From: Diplonema japonicum
Lineage: Eukaryota > Protista > Euglenozoa: Diplonemea
Length of the DNA stretch: 64,000 nt
Reading direction: 5' to 3'
Assembly: GCA_964019335.1 (NCBI GenBank)
Contig: OZ025669.1
Span: forward strand, 620,001-684,000
The notes below the pieces were generated by a model. The model saw nothing but the letters and a program-made list of their open reading frames with translations, was not told where the DNA came from and ran no database searches. The stretch's first letter is position 1, and every line of letters begins with the position of its first letter. Shown here piece by piece: positions 39,836-49,661 of this stretch. Both the position numbers and the translations under genes were made by a program.

Positions 39836-42800
39836 TCACTTCGCCCGTCCTGGGAGCACCAACGGAGCTTTGCCAGTGGCAAACACAATCTCGCCAATGT
39901 ACGTCCCATAGGGATCTACGTCAAAGGGAATGTTGTCCTTTTTTAACACAGATGTGAACTGTTCCAGTAGCTTGTTGACGCCTATGGACAGATTGTCCTC
40001 ACCAGGGTAGTTGTTGGCATCGCCTGCAATCCCTTGCCTCAGCAGGTCTGTCAGGTAACCCTCTTGGTTCCCGCTGTACTTCAGGGATATCGACTGTCGC
40101 GATGATGCTGCAAAGGTGGCATAGCTGGGTTCCTCGTTGCGAAGCGATATGACATCAAAACACACGGCCGCGTGCCTTCCCAGGTGCGGTGTGGGTCCTA
40201 GCACTAGGTTCTTCAGTTCTTCAACAAGCCAGATGTTGGTTGCATCGAACATAGGGCAGGCATCTTTGGGGACAATGTACATGTGGTCATCGTTGTCCTC
40301 GTGTTCGGGATCGGTGATGGGCACTGCCCACATGGGATCTATTTCTTCTTCTTCTTCTTCTTCCTGCAAGGGCTTTATAGAAGCCCGTCTTGCAATCCTC
40401 ACACTGCTCCTGCGTCTTGCTAATTCTCGTGGACTGGGTTCTGATCTCGAATTAGGTCGAGAGCCTGATCTCTCCAAAGCCTTCATCCTGACTTCGTGTG
40501 ATCTGGTGGTGCTGACAGATTTTCGTTTCTGATTCTTTTGCCGTTTTGCCTCGGCCTCAAGCCTCAAAATGGCCGCCTCACCTGCCTCTTTCCGTGACAG
40601 TTCACATGTTTCCAACATACTCTTTCTCGCAAGATCTTCGTCCTCTATGTGTCCATCACGATTCTTTTCTTCATACATCAAGATGCGTGCTAAGATCTCT
40701 GTTGGCTTCACTGGCTTTGGGAACTTCCCATCCAATCCATATCCATACACGTGCAACATAAGCAGCGCGTCAGGCTCCCTTCGCTGGAGTCTTTCAATGT
40801 AGCTAAGAACAGCCTCTCTCTCAGGAGGGCCTGCTGCTGTGATATAATTCTCACGAAAGACGTGAACGTCAAAACCAACATCAAGTAGTGTTAATTCAAG
40901 TGCGTGAGATGCAGCCACGGCTTTCGCTAACTTTGCCTGGTCGACAGCTATGCCAGTATGGAGTACCGAAGGTACAACGAGGATGGCGATTCTCTTTGCC
41001 TTGGCTGCAGTTTCTGTTGGGAAAGACATCCGCGTGCTGCGACGGTGGCGGCAACGTGCACGCGCAGCTTCTCTTTGAGAAGACAGAACTGTAGCCTTGT
41101 AGCGGTCCAACATGCCGCGTGCACGCTTTTGGATGAGGACAGCTGCCCAGAATGCAGTTTTATCATATAAGGCATTCCCGATTGAGATTAAGGCACGCAA
41201 TGTTTCTTTGCTTGGGTACTTTGCAATTGTCGACAGTATGAAAAGGGTCTGGTGCCCGTTCGAGGTTCCGAACACAGCAGAGCGCACTAGAGATGACGTC
41301 TCCGTTCCCTCAAAACATTCTGTGACTCGATTGCGAGCAGCTGGCGACATTGCACAGCACCTGCGTACAATATGCGGTGCTGACCCCACTGCAAGCAAAC
41401 CATTCAATACACTTTGGACCGTTTTGTTAAGTGCCAGATTTCGCTTTCCGTGTGCATCTAAGGTAACGACGGCGTCTGTCCATGTTAAATGTAGCGGGTC
41501 GAAAGCAGAGCCACCCTTATTTTGCTGGTGCCCTCGCATGTCTATTCCCACGAAGCGCGCATCACCCAGCCGGATGACGATCACTGTATTGCAGCTCTTG
41601 AGGTCGTCTTCCTGCAGTCTGCTGATCATGTCTACAAACAATTTCTTGTAGCTGTCTAGCTTGATGACCTCGAAACAGTCCTCAGGGATCCATGTGTATG
41701 AATCAGCAGCCTCTTTGGGATAGCTAGAACTGAAGGGGGTTGTAACTGTAGGCATCTCTTCAAAGAAGTCGCCGTGGATCACGTCGTACTTTACTTCCTT
41801 GTAGGAGCCCGACTGGTCAGGTTCAGCACCGAAGGCGACACACGCAAACTGCACCTTGTTGTTCACGAACCTCTTCAGCGTAGACTCGGAGATTTGCAGC
41901 TTCTTTGGGACTCCTGTCATCACTGTTTGCATTCTAACTAGCTGCTTATCACAAATCCACTTTGAGACTTTTTTCTTCCCTGTAAAGTAAATGCCACCAT
42001 TCCCAAAACCGGTCACATCGACTGCAATCCGAGCTCCAGGCCCCTCGTTAATCTCCCAGTGAGCACACAACATGGTGTCTCTGCCTGTCCATATTTTAGC
42101 TTCTCTTATGCATCCCTTAAAATACCGCTCAATCACACCTCGGTTGTTGTGTGCCCCGAGGCACACCCACTGGGTGAAGGGGCCGAAAGGGGGCTTGCTT
42201 GACTTGGGGGTAAGGAAGTCCAAGTCACAACTTTTCCTGTCAAACTGGAGCCTAACTTTGTTGAGGTGCACCTCTGAAACTGTCCACTTCAAGCAATGCC
42301 AGTCACCGTCAAAGAGGCTTGGTATCTCCGTAGAACAAGAGTAAGTCTTTCCTGTATTGTCACGTACCCATAGGTTCAGCCTGCAAGGTGTCATCCGCCC
42401 GAAGCTTGAAGAGTTCAGATCAATCCCAAATCCAGCGTGCTTGTGTGTGGAGTCCGTGACACCAATCAGTGTCATCACTTGCTGCGTTGTGGTTGTCCTG
42501 ACCCACACTTGGAAGGTAAACGATGACAGACTGGCCCCTAGCTCCCCTACCTGCCCGATGTTCATATAAGACGAGGTACCATTCAAGCAATACGAGGTGT
42601 CCGGGAACACGTCCTCCTGCTTTTCTAAATCCACAGACTCTGCAGTGCCAGATATTCCCATTACTTCCTTGCATTCCATAGTGTCAAGGGGCCAGTATGC
42701 GATGAGGTTCCCTGGTGCGTCGATCACCTGCAGCTCTGAAATGGCACCGTGAAAGTGATTCTCAAGCAGCGTGTTGCCAGACTTCAGTTCTGCACCGATG

Positions 42801-43987
42801 AAACCTTGCTGCTTCCATTGAGAGAAGTCGCCAGGGTACTCCCCCACACCAATCCTGATAGGCTGCACTTCACCGTCGAACTTAAAGCTCACTGCATGAT
42901 CTGCGATGTTCGTAAAGCACCACTCGATGTGGTGCCACGCCAGGTCAGTTATCTCTACATTAACACATGCTTCGAAGGTTTTATGATCTGAGTCTAAAAC
43001 AGAGATGATCATGGACCCAGGGGAGTGCCCGTAGTCCAAGTCTGTGTCCGCGAGGATCATTAGTCGAGGCGCAGGCCGCTCGCTGTCTGCAATGCACAGT
43101 ATACATTGGGATTTCTCAGTTTTCTCTTGTTTTACCCAAAACTCAATAGAAACACCTCCTGTGATGTATTTTCCCAGATTCTGTATCGAGGGTAGTTTCA
43201 CATGCGACGAGGAACCATTGAAGTGCATGTGTTGCGACGTGCCCTTCCGTCCGTTGCCATGGGCAATCGTCGTTACACCGCTTGCCGTGGGGCGCTGCGT
43301 AGGGGGTGGTGCAAAGGTGGTTGAACGATTTTCTGTCGGTGAGGCGGGTAGGTCGTGCAAGGTAACTCTGGGGCTCTTTTGTGGAGTGGGTGATGGGGTG
43401 TTAGAACCCCTCGTGAGATATATTGTATTCAACATTGCCGGAGATTTCGACATCCGTTTGGATGCCCTGGACGAGGCACGGGACTGTTTCGGGGACACTG
43501 AGGGCAGACTCTTCCGTTGCTGCGACACAGGTGACATGTTGAGAAATGGGTCCTCTCTGGCAGATTCTGATAATGGGGACCTAGGAGACATGAGTTCGGA
43601 CGTAGGGGATCTAGGGGTTATCTCACTAGCGATGGCTGCTTTGCTGGATACGTCTTCAAAGATTTCTTGTGAAGTCTCGATGTGGTCAGCCAGCTTCTTT
43701 AGGATTAAGTCATACAAATGGTGCATTGTGTATGTCTTACCTGTCTCACTAGCCCCGAAAGTCAGCACTGTGACATCCTCACGCGCCTTAAGCCTCTCGG
43801 TGATGTCTGTGACTATTACCTTGCACTTTTCAGTTGTGATACTTTCATCATCTACGAAAGCAGCATCGAAACGTCCTTTCTCACTTCCTGGTTTCGCCTC
43901 CTGCACAGTACCTTTCGTGATCACTACTCCCACTGCATCAGGCTCCTTGACTTGAGTGCCCCCTTTTTGAAGTAATATGGATGGCAT
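39836..43987 (-). CDS. Degenerate kinesin-motor-like domain interrupted by two LamG domains, followed by an IQ motif and an inactive caspase-like (C14) domain
   Basis: FD..F...TVLTFGASETGKTYTM P-loop; two LamG units (SIEFWVK..WHHIEW..FHGAISEL; FTFQVWVRT..DGDWH..FKGCIRE); AAVLIQKRARG; RIAILVV..GFDV..LMLHVYGYG..YIVPKDA..GYLTDLLRQGIAGDA. Confidence 0.75.
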   Translation of the reverse strand: MPSILLQKGGTQVKEPDAVGVVITKGTVQEAKPGSEKGRFDAAFVDDESITTEKCKVIVTDITERLKAREDVTVLTFGASETGKTYTMHHLYDLILKKLADHIETSQEIFEDVSSKAAIASEITPRSPTSELMSPRSPLSESAREDPFLNMSPVSQQRKSLPSVSPKQSRASSRASKRMSKSPAMLNTIYLTRGSNTPSPTPQKSPRVTLHDLPASPTENRSTTFAPPPTQRPTASGVTTIAHGNGRKGTSQHMHFNGSSSHVKLPSIQNLGKYITGGVSIEFWVKQEKTEKSQCILCIADSERPAPRLMILADTDLDYGHSPGSMIISVLDSDHKTFEACVNVEITDLAWHHIEWCFTNIADHAVSFKFDGEVQPIRIGVGEYPGDFSQWKQQGFIGAELKSGNTLLENHFHGAISELQVIDAPGNLIAYWPLDTMECKEVMGISGTAESVDLEKQEDVFPDTSYCLNGTSSYMNIGQVGELGASLSSFTFQVWVRTTTTQQVMTLIGVTDSTHKHAGFGIDLNSSSFGRMTPCRLNLWVRDNTGKTYSCSTEIPSLFDGDWHCLKWTVSEVHLNKVRLQFDRKSCDLDFLTPKSSKPPFGPFTQWVCLGAHNNRGVIERYFKGCIREAKIWTGRDTMLCAHWEINEGPGARIAVDVTGFGNGGIYFTGKKKVSKWICDKQLVRMQTVMTGVPKKLQISESTLKRFVNNKVQFACVAFGAEPDQSGSYKEVKYDVIHGDFFEEMPTVTTPFSSSYPKEAADSYTWIPEDCFEVIKLDSYKKLFVDMISRLQEDDLKSCNTVIVIRLGDARFVGIDMRGHQQNKGGSAFDPLHLTWTDAVVTLDAHGKRNLALNKTVQSVLNGLLAVGSAPHIVRRCCAMSPAARNRVTECFEGTETSSLVRSAVFGTSNGHQTLFILSTIAKYPSKETLRALISIGNALYDKTAFWAAVLIQKRARGMLDRYKATVLSSQREAARARCRHRRSTRMSFPTETAAKAKRIAILVVPSVLHTGIAVDQAKLAKAVAASHALELTLLDVGFDVHVFRENYITAAGPPEREAVLSYIERLQRREPDALLMLHVYGYGLDGKFPKPVKPTEILARILMYEEKNRDGHIEDEDLARKSMLETCELSRKEAGEAAILRLEAEAKRQKNQKRKSVSTTRSHEVRMKALERSGSRPNSRSEPSPRELARRRSSVRIARRASIKPLQEEEEEEEIDPMWAVPITDPEHEDNDDHMYIVPKDACPMFDATNIWLVEELKNLVLGPTPHLGRHAAVCFDVISLRNEEPSYATFAASSRQSISLKYSGNQEGYLTDLLRQGIAGDANNYPGEDNLSIGVNKLLEQFTSVLKKDNIPFDVDPYGTYIGEIVFATGKAPLVLPGRAK

Positions 43988-44599
43988 TTGTGTGCCTGTG
44001 GTGTATAATAGATGTAGAAACAAACAAAGGAGACAAGAAACAAAGAACGTACTTGTGCATTTGCCACTTTATTATGCCCAACAAGGTGCATTGTAGGGCT
44101 CAAGTCAACTACGAAGACAACGGTCGGTCAGCAGAAGAGAAAAGAAAGAAGCGAAGAAGAAAAAGAACTTGGGTTGTTATATCAGTTTACTGAGTGCGGT
44201 GAGCAACTCAACTTAATGCATACAACCAAAACTAACTAACTAAGTAAATAACATAAATAACCGAACATACTGGGACCCCGGGTCAGATCGCAAAGTTTTT
44301 TTTCTATACTCAGTCAGTCATGCCGTAAAGCGCTCTGTAACTACAACTTAGATAGTGAGATAAAAATGCGAAAAGGTTTGCGTTGTAAGCATTCATTTTC
44401 GCATGCGATAGACAAGACGGAAAACTTGAGTTAGCCGACCCAGCATAGGGATTGGAATTTTATAAACAGATGAACCGCTGTGGGGTGCTCTGGGATGAAC
44501 TCCCAGCGGTGTCGTTATGACATAAACAGAAAAGAAGAAAACTAAAACAAAGGCAATTTACCGTAACTAAGAGGCGCGTCATGTGGCTAAAGTGAGTCA

Positions 44600-47500
44600 T
44601 CAGAAGTTGGAGGATGTCTCCCTCATAGGGGAGCTTTGGGAGTTGATGTCAGAGGCGGAGGCGGAGCCGTACATGGGTACAGAGTCGGCTTGGAAAGACA
44701 TGTCGGGCTGCATGGTGCTCTGGTCTGCACCATTAGGAGTGATCTCCGTACCGAAAAGATGGTGCTGAACGGATGAGTCGCTAAAGTTGGGAAGCGTTGA
44801 GAAGGACACAGCGCGCGTGCCTGACACATCAAAGCTTGCGTGGCACAGCAGTGCATAGATGTATGCCAGTGTTACATCGGTGCTGTATTGCTCTCTGAGT
44901 TTTTCGAAGTCTTGCAGATCTCCCTTCAACGCCTTGTGGAAAGCTGACGTGTAGGCAACACCCTTTGCTAACCTCTTCTCCACCCCGTTCCCACCCAGAC
45001 CCACCCACTCAACCCCGTCAATGAGCTGCTGCAGGACGGGAGCCAGAACCTCGTAGACGGACACCACCACACGTGCGTTCTGCGTTGTGAAGTCCCACCT
45101 GTCGACAATGCGCACTACATCCCTGACAGGGTCACTCTCCATCCCTTTTTTCTCAGGCGTGGTGTCGGCAACAAGGATCTGCATGTTCAAGCCATTCGCG
45201 TAGTCTGCAAGTGACGAGGCGATCCTCAGGTTCCGTCCCACGATAGCGTGAAACCTTCGCTTCGAGGTTCCGACATTCCCATGCAGAGTCTTCCCTGTCA
45301 CGATGCCTACCGTGATGGCGGACCGGATCTTCCGCACCAGGTTCACAGCGAAGGTCGATGCGTTCATGACATGCCTGCTACTTTGCGAATTCCATGAAAC
45401 CAATACCTCCGTACCCCACACCATCGACACAACACCTCCTGTCTCGTTTCCTAAGTCGGTTGCAAATCTGATAACCTGATTCAGTGAAGACATCAGGTTG
45501 CTGTTAGGCCACACTTTGACAACCCCAATTGTCAACATTTTGTTTTCAAGTTTTAATTCCATATGTTTTAGCCCATGGCTGGCTCTTGTCGCTGGAGAGT
45601 GTGTTGCAACTTGTACCTGCATGCCATCGTCTTTTAGTCTGTCAGACAAGGTTCTGGGTGTTAGCAGATGCAGGATGGTGTTGCCTTCGATGCCTTTAAG
45701 CTGCTTCCCTCCAATGTCCATGACAGTGGGGTGGTCCAGCTCGCCAAGACGGGGGCCAATCACCTCCAGCAAGGTGTCCGTTATACAGACAGTGCCACCT
45801 TTTGCAACGCCTTCTGCGCGTGAGGCTTTTGCGACATTCTCCCCCCTGTAGTCTGTCCTCGCCGTGATGGGGTTCTCTTCGACGATAGCATTGCCACAGT
45901 GCACACCCATGCGGATCCTCAGGCCGTTCCAGAGAGGTTTGCCGCTGGACTCGATGAGATCGAGACCTAAACCTTTGGGCCAGGTTTGATCGAGAAGCTC
46001 ACGTTGGACACTCAAACAAAAGGCGATAGCGTTGATGCAGTCTTCGAAAACGACCATGAAGGCATCGCCTATTGTTTTCACTTCGTAACCAGAGTAGAAG
46101 TGAATGCTGGTCCTCATTGTCTCATTGTGAATATCCATAGCAGCGTTCATAGCTTCTTGTGAATGCGCCCACAGTGCGGTGCTTCCCTGTATGTCAGTAA
46201 AGACAAAGGTAATGTTATCGCCTGTGGGGGGCTCTGCTGCAGCGCCACCAATCACTTCACCCCTCACTAGCAACGATGCTGGAACAAACGATCTGAACTC
46301 TTTGAGTTTCTGAATCATCCTGATGAATGAGTCCTGCATTGCGGCAACCTCTTTGAATGTAGACAGGTTGGAGTTATCGCGCACCTGCTCCAGGTGCATG
46401 TTTGCAACGTGACGCATATCGTCCTTTAGTGCCGTGATAGGACTTGTGATGTAGACCGACAGCACGAAGCACCCAATGCTCAAGATCAGCATAATGGCTG
46501 CGATGACAATGATGAGAAGACGCTGGTCACTTTTTATCTTATCATCAACTTCGTTGTCAGCAGCGATGCGCTGTTCGGTGCTATTCTGTAGCAGACTATC
46601 GACCGAGGACGTGTAGAACTCCCGCTCAACAGAATACGTAATCCACCAATCAGTGCCCATCCACAGGGCGTTATCGGGGTTCATGTCGACAAGCCTTTTT
46701 GATTTGATATAAACAGCTACATTCTCCACGTAGTTCAGTGAGAGGACAGAGTATTGCAGATAGTTTCCGTCGATAAGGAGGGCAATGTTTCGGATTACTG
46801 AGTCCGTTGCGTTCTGGTCATTGAGAGGAAGGGTTACATTCTCTATCCTGTTGAAGATAGGGTCGTATTCTTCTTTCTTGGCTGTGCCCTCGCCATGTGA
46901 CACGCCTGTCAAGAGCTTAGGCTCTTTGTTTACTGAGAGCCGATCGAAGTTTGGGAACTGCGACTGTGCAACCGTCCATGCTCTGCCGTGGGTGGAGTTG
47001 TCGAGCGAGTGCAACGAGTGCTTCAGAAAATCGGAGATGATACGTAGGTCGGATATAACAAAGACTGAACCCAACCAAGTACCCTTATCATCCGTGATAG
47101 TGCGTACGAGCATGTTCCCGAAGTAGCTGCCTTGACCAGTGATCGGCGTCCAGATAGTTGCATTTGCTGTCAGTTGCTTCCCAATCTCGACCATCACCAG
47201 AGATGAAACAGTGACGTTCAGCGCTATGATCCTTTCTGGCAACAGTTTCCCAGAGTACTCCATTGCTACGCTTGCATGTGTTGACCCATTGCCGTTTGAG
47301 ATTATGGCTCTCGTGAGCAGGTCCCGCGAGTGTGCTGAGTACGGGTCGACCTCTTCCATAATGAGGTACATCATGTCTTGGTTGTTCACGATCCCAATAC
47401 CGCCGAAACCTTGGAGCTGGTGAGCTTTGTGAATAGACCACAGCAACTGGCTTTGACCTTCCATCCACGTCCAGTCAAAGAGAGAGGCTGCAGGCTGTGA

Positions 47501-47911
47501 GTTCACGTAAAAGTGCATCATGCGGACCATATCTACATAGTCGCCGAGGAAGGAGCGAGTGTTCAACTCCAAATTATCGGCGAAAGCTTCTAATGTACGC
47601 TGTATAGACACCCTGTTCGCCTCCTGGAGGTTGTTGAGCATGTTTTCTTCTATTTTGTCACGACTGCTCTTCGTAGAATCTAGGGCCCTTCCCATTGTGC
47701 CATCGGACAACACATATGCTGTAACACCACTGATTGCAATGAACAGCGCAGACACAAGGAACATAGTGGTCGTCATGCTCACCCATCCCGGCCTGTTCTG
47801 TGACTCCGTGCTATCTGAGCTCAGAACCCTGGTCCGCATATCGTCTACAACAGACGCCATCTCAGTGCCGACATCGGTGCCCGACTCGGAGTATGCGAGT
47901 ACACGAGCCAT
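44600..47911 (-). CDS. Receptor-type class III adenylate cyclase (2 TM, extracellular sensor, HAMP, catalytic domain, second degenerate cyclase domain)
   Basis: TFVFTDIQGSTALW, YEVKTIGDAFMV, GLRIRMGVHCG, DYRG; HAMP-like ITSPITAL..M..VA; start placed at MARVLA after a CAG. Confidence 0.9.
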   Translation of the reverse strand: MARVLAYSESGTDVGTEMASVVDDMRTRVLSSDSTESQNRPGWVSMTTTMFLVSALFIAISGVTAYVLSDGTMGRALDSTKSSRDKIEENMLNNLQEANRVSIQRTLEAFADNLELNTRSFLGDYVDMVRMMHFYVNSQPAASLFDWTWMEGQSQLLWSIHKAHQLQGFGGIGIVNNQDMMYLIMEEVDPYSAHSRDLLTRAIISNGNGSTHASVAMEYSGKLLPERIIALNVTVSSLVMVEIGKQLTANATIWTPITGQGSYFGNMLVRTITDDKGTWLGSVFVISDLRIISDFLKHSLHSLDNSTHGRAWTVAQSQFPNFDRLSVNKEPKLLTGVSHGEGTAKKEEYDPIFNRIENVTLPLNDQNATDSVIRNIALLIDGNYLQYSVLSLNYVENVAVYIKSKRLVDMNPDNALWMGTDWWITYSVEREFYTSSVDSLLQNSTEQRIAADNEVDDKIKSDQRLLIIVIAAIMLILSIGCFVLSVYITSPITALKDDMRHVANMHLEQVRDNSNLSTFKEVAAMQDSFIRMIQKLKEFRSFVPASLLVRGEVIGGAAAEPPTGDNITFVFTDIQGSTALWAHSQEAMNAAMDIHNETMRTSIHFYSGYEVKTIGDAFMVVFEDCINAIAFCLSVQRELLDQTWPKGLGLDLIESSGKPLWNGLRIRMGVHCGNAIVEENPITARTDYRGENVAKASRAEGVAKGGTVCITDTLLEVIGPRLGELDHPTVMDIGGKQLKGIEGNTILHLLTPRTLSDRLKDDGMQVQVATHSPATRASHGLKHMELKLENKMLTIGVVKVWPNSNLMSSLNQVIRFATDLGNETGGVVSMVWGTEVLVSWNSQSSRHVMNASTFAVNLVRKIRSAITVGIVTGKTLHGNVGTSKRRFHAIVGRNLRIASSLADYANGLNMQILVADTTPEKKGMESDPVRDVVRIVDRWDFTTQNARVVVSVYEVLAPVLQQLIDGVEWVGLGGNGVEKRLAKGVAYTSAFHKALKGDLQDFEKLREQYSTDVTLAYIYALLCHASFDVSGTRAVSFSTLPNFSDSSVQHHLFGTEITPNGADQSTMQPDMSFQADSVPMYGSASASDINSQSSPMRETSSNF

Positions 47912-48206
47912 CCCAGCAACCTGTTCGGTATGGATACACAATAGGGCAATACGAATAAAAGGCTTGTTTTTTTCTTTTTTCTTTTTTCTTTTTTTTTAAA
48001 TTCCACCTCCTATTGGTCTAGCCGGACGACCCCACCCAGCTGGGCTGAGTGGAGCCAAACGAAAGAAGTGTGTTGAGACGTTCGTGCTTTCGTGTCGGCC
48101 TGAGCAATTGTTCTAGCACCTTTTGTGACACGGGTATTCTCTTTCCACAGTTGGCTGATGGCTTTTTTTTTCTTTTTTTTTTTTATTTCACTCTTCGTCA
48201 TCTTCA

Positions 48207-48452
48207 CTAGGGGCCTCATAATTTAACGCGAAAAGCTTCATAATTTAACTAGTTAAATTATGGCCATTTCGAGTTAAATTATGGCTTCAGGGTGAAAAAA
48301 TGGGTCTTATCGTGGAAAAAAACAACCCCTTGAAAAACTTCTTTAGGGATGGGGTATTTTGACTATTTTTGGTCATCTGAGGTCATTCCGGCCCTTAAAA
48401 GTGGGAATCCCGAATAAGTGCTAAATTCGGGAACTCGAGTTAAATAATGACT
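48207..48452. repeat. Cluster of CATAATTTAAC motifs including a perfect 24-bp palindrome; possible MITE end
   Basis: Copies at 48217 and 48239 (forward) and ~48252 and 48273 (reverse), degenerate copy at ~48439; CATAATTTAACTAGTTAAATTATG at 48239-48262; preceded by TAGGGG. Confidence 0.6.
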
Positions 48453-48692
48453 CACAAATTGTTGGCAATAAATAGCTTTTTTTTTTCGGCACCGAAATTT
48501 ATTCAATTTTTTTTTTTGGTTGCCAGTCCCCAGGATCCTTTTTTTTACTAATGCTGCTCATGGAGGTGGATGTTTGAGGTTTATGTTATGATTTATTTCT
48601 TCCACAGTGAGCACCCCCATGCACACTGAAATTTTATCGAGTTTCTTTTTTTTTTTCTCTATTCGTTAAAAAGCTTGTTTAAGAGACAGTAC

Positions 48693-49517
48693 TTAAAAGA
48701 GATATTCGTTTATCAAAATCTTTTCAGTCGGCCCGTGCTTCACAACAAGGTGCCCTTCCTTTGTTAGCCGCACAGGAATCCCTTCTTGGCCTCGGGTGCC
48801 GTCAGAATTGCGTTCATTCACGGGTCTTGTCCAGTCCATATGCGAGCCGTACAATGCGACGGTGTCAGGGTGGGGGGGTGTCAGAAGGTTGCTTTTGAGG
48901 GTGTTGAAGATGGCCAAGACCATGTCAGGTGCTGTGCAAGTTGCACCATTGCTTGTGAGGCAGTCAGCAGGGCGTCCGCCATCAGTGAGCTCAGGAGCAA
49001 TGCTAACGTTTACGCCAATCCCCACTATCATGTGCGACCCGCCATCTTCAATTAGATTACCCGACACCTTCTTCCCGTTCAGCAGCACATCATTGGGCCA
49101 TTTCAGCGACAGTTGCGAGTCTGCCTTTTCTGGTAGCATCTTTGTGCCAGCAGGCATGAACCTCGAGATGGATGTGATCACAGCGATACCCGTCTCAAGA
49201 GGGAGGTACATCAGTCGCTGCATCGGAAGCACAGCATCATTCTTAGGCACGCAGATGCTCATGTACGCATTTCCCAAAGGACTAACCCACGTGCGTCCAT
49301 TAGTGCCCCTCCCGCTCACCTGCTGATCTGCATACACAACCAGCCACTCGTTACTACGTGATTTGCACAATTCTTTTGCTTTGTCCATAGTAGAGCTCGC
49401 CAACGCGTATCTTACCACGTCACCCGCTTCTGTCTTCGTGACTTGATATCCTTCTGCCGACATTGGTATAGCGTGTGACTTAGCAAAAACACCTAAAAAA
49501 AGGGGGGTTCTTCGCAT
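48693..49517 (-). CDS. Biotin--protein ligase (BirA/BPL catalytic domain)
   Basis: SSTMD, ADQQVSGRGTNGRTWVSPLGN, LKWPNDVLLNGKKVSG.LIE, IVGIGVNV. Confidence 0.95.
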   Translation of the reverse strand: MRRTPLFLGVFAKSHAIPMSAEGYQVTKTEAGDVVRYALASSTMDKAKELCKSRSNEWLVVYADQQVSGRGTNGRTWVSPLGNAYMSICVPKNDAVLPMQRLMYLPLETGIAVITSISRFMPAGTKMLPEKADSQLSLKWPNDVLLNGKKVSGNLIEDGGSHMIVGIGVNVSIAPELTDGGRPADCLTSNGATCTAPDMVLAIFNTLKSNLLTPPHPDTVALYGSHMDWTRPVNERNSDGTRGQEGIPVRLTKEGHLVVKHGPTEKILINEYLF

Positions 49518-49661
49518 CCTGGGTGAAATTTAAGCAGTGGATGTCAGCTGCAAAAAGTATAGTAGAAAGATTGCAACGACTTGGTATGGTGTGCACAAAG
49601 TGATACTTCTTACTCGAAATAACATGTTGCCTTGTTGCCAGGGGAACGTCCGGTCTGGTGG

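Noticed and set aside
43997-44052. Upstream coding exon for the kinesin-like gene via a GTACGT..CCACAG intron
   Set aside because: The upstream ATGs splice out of frame; at most this is a 5' UTR intron or a trans-splice acceptor.
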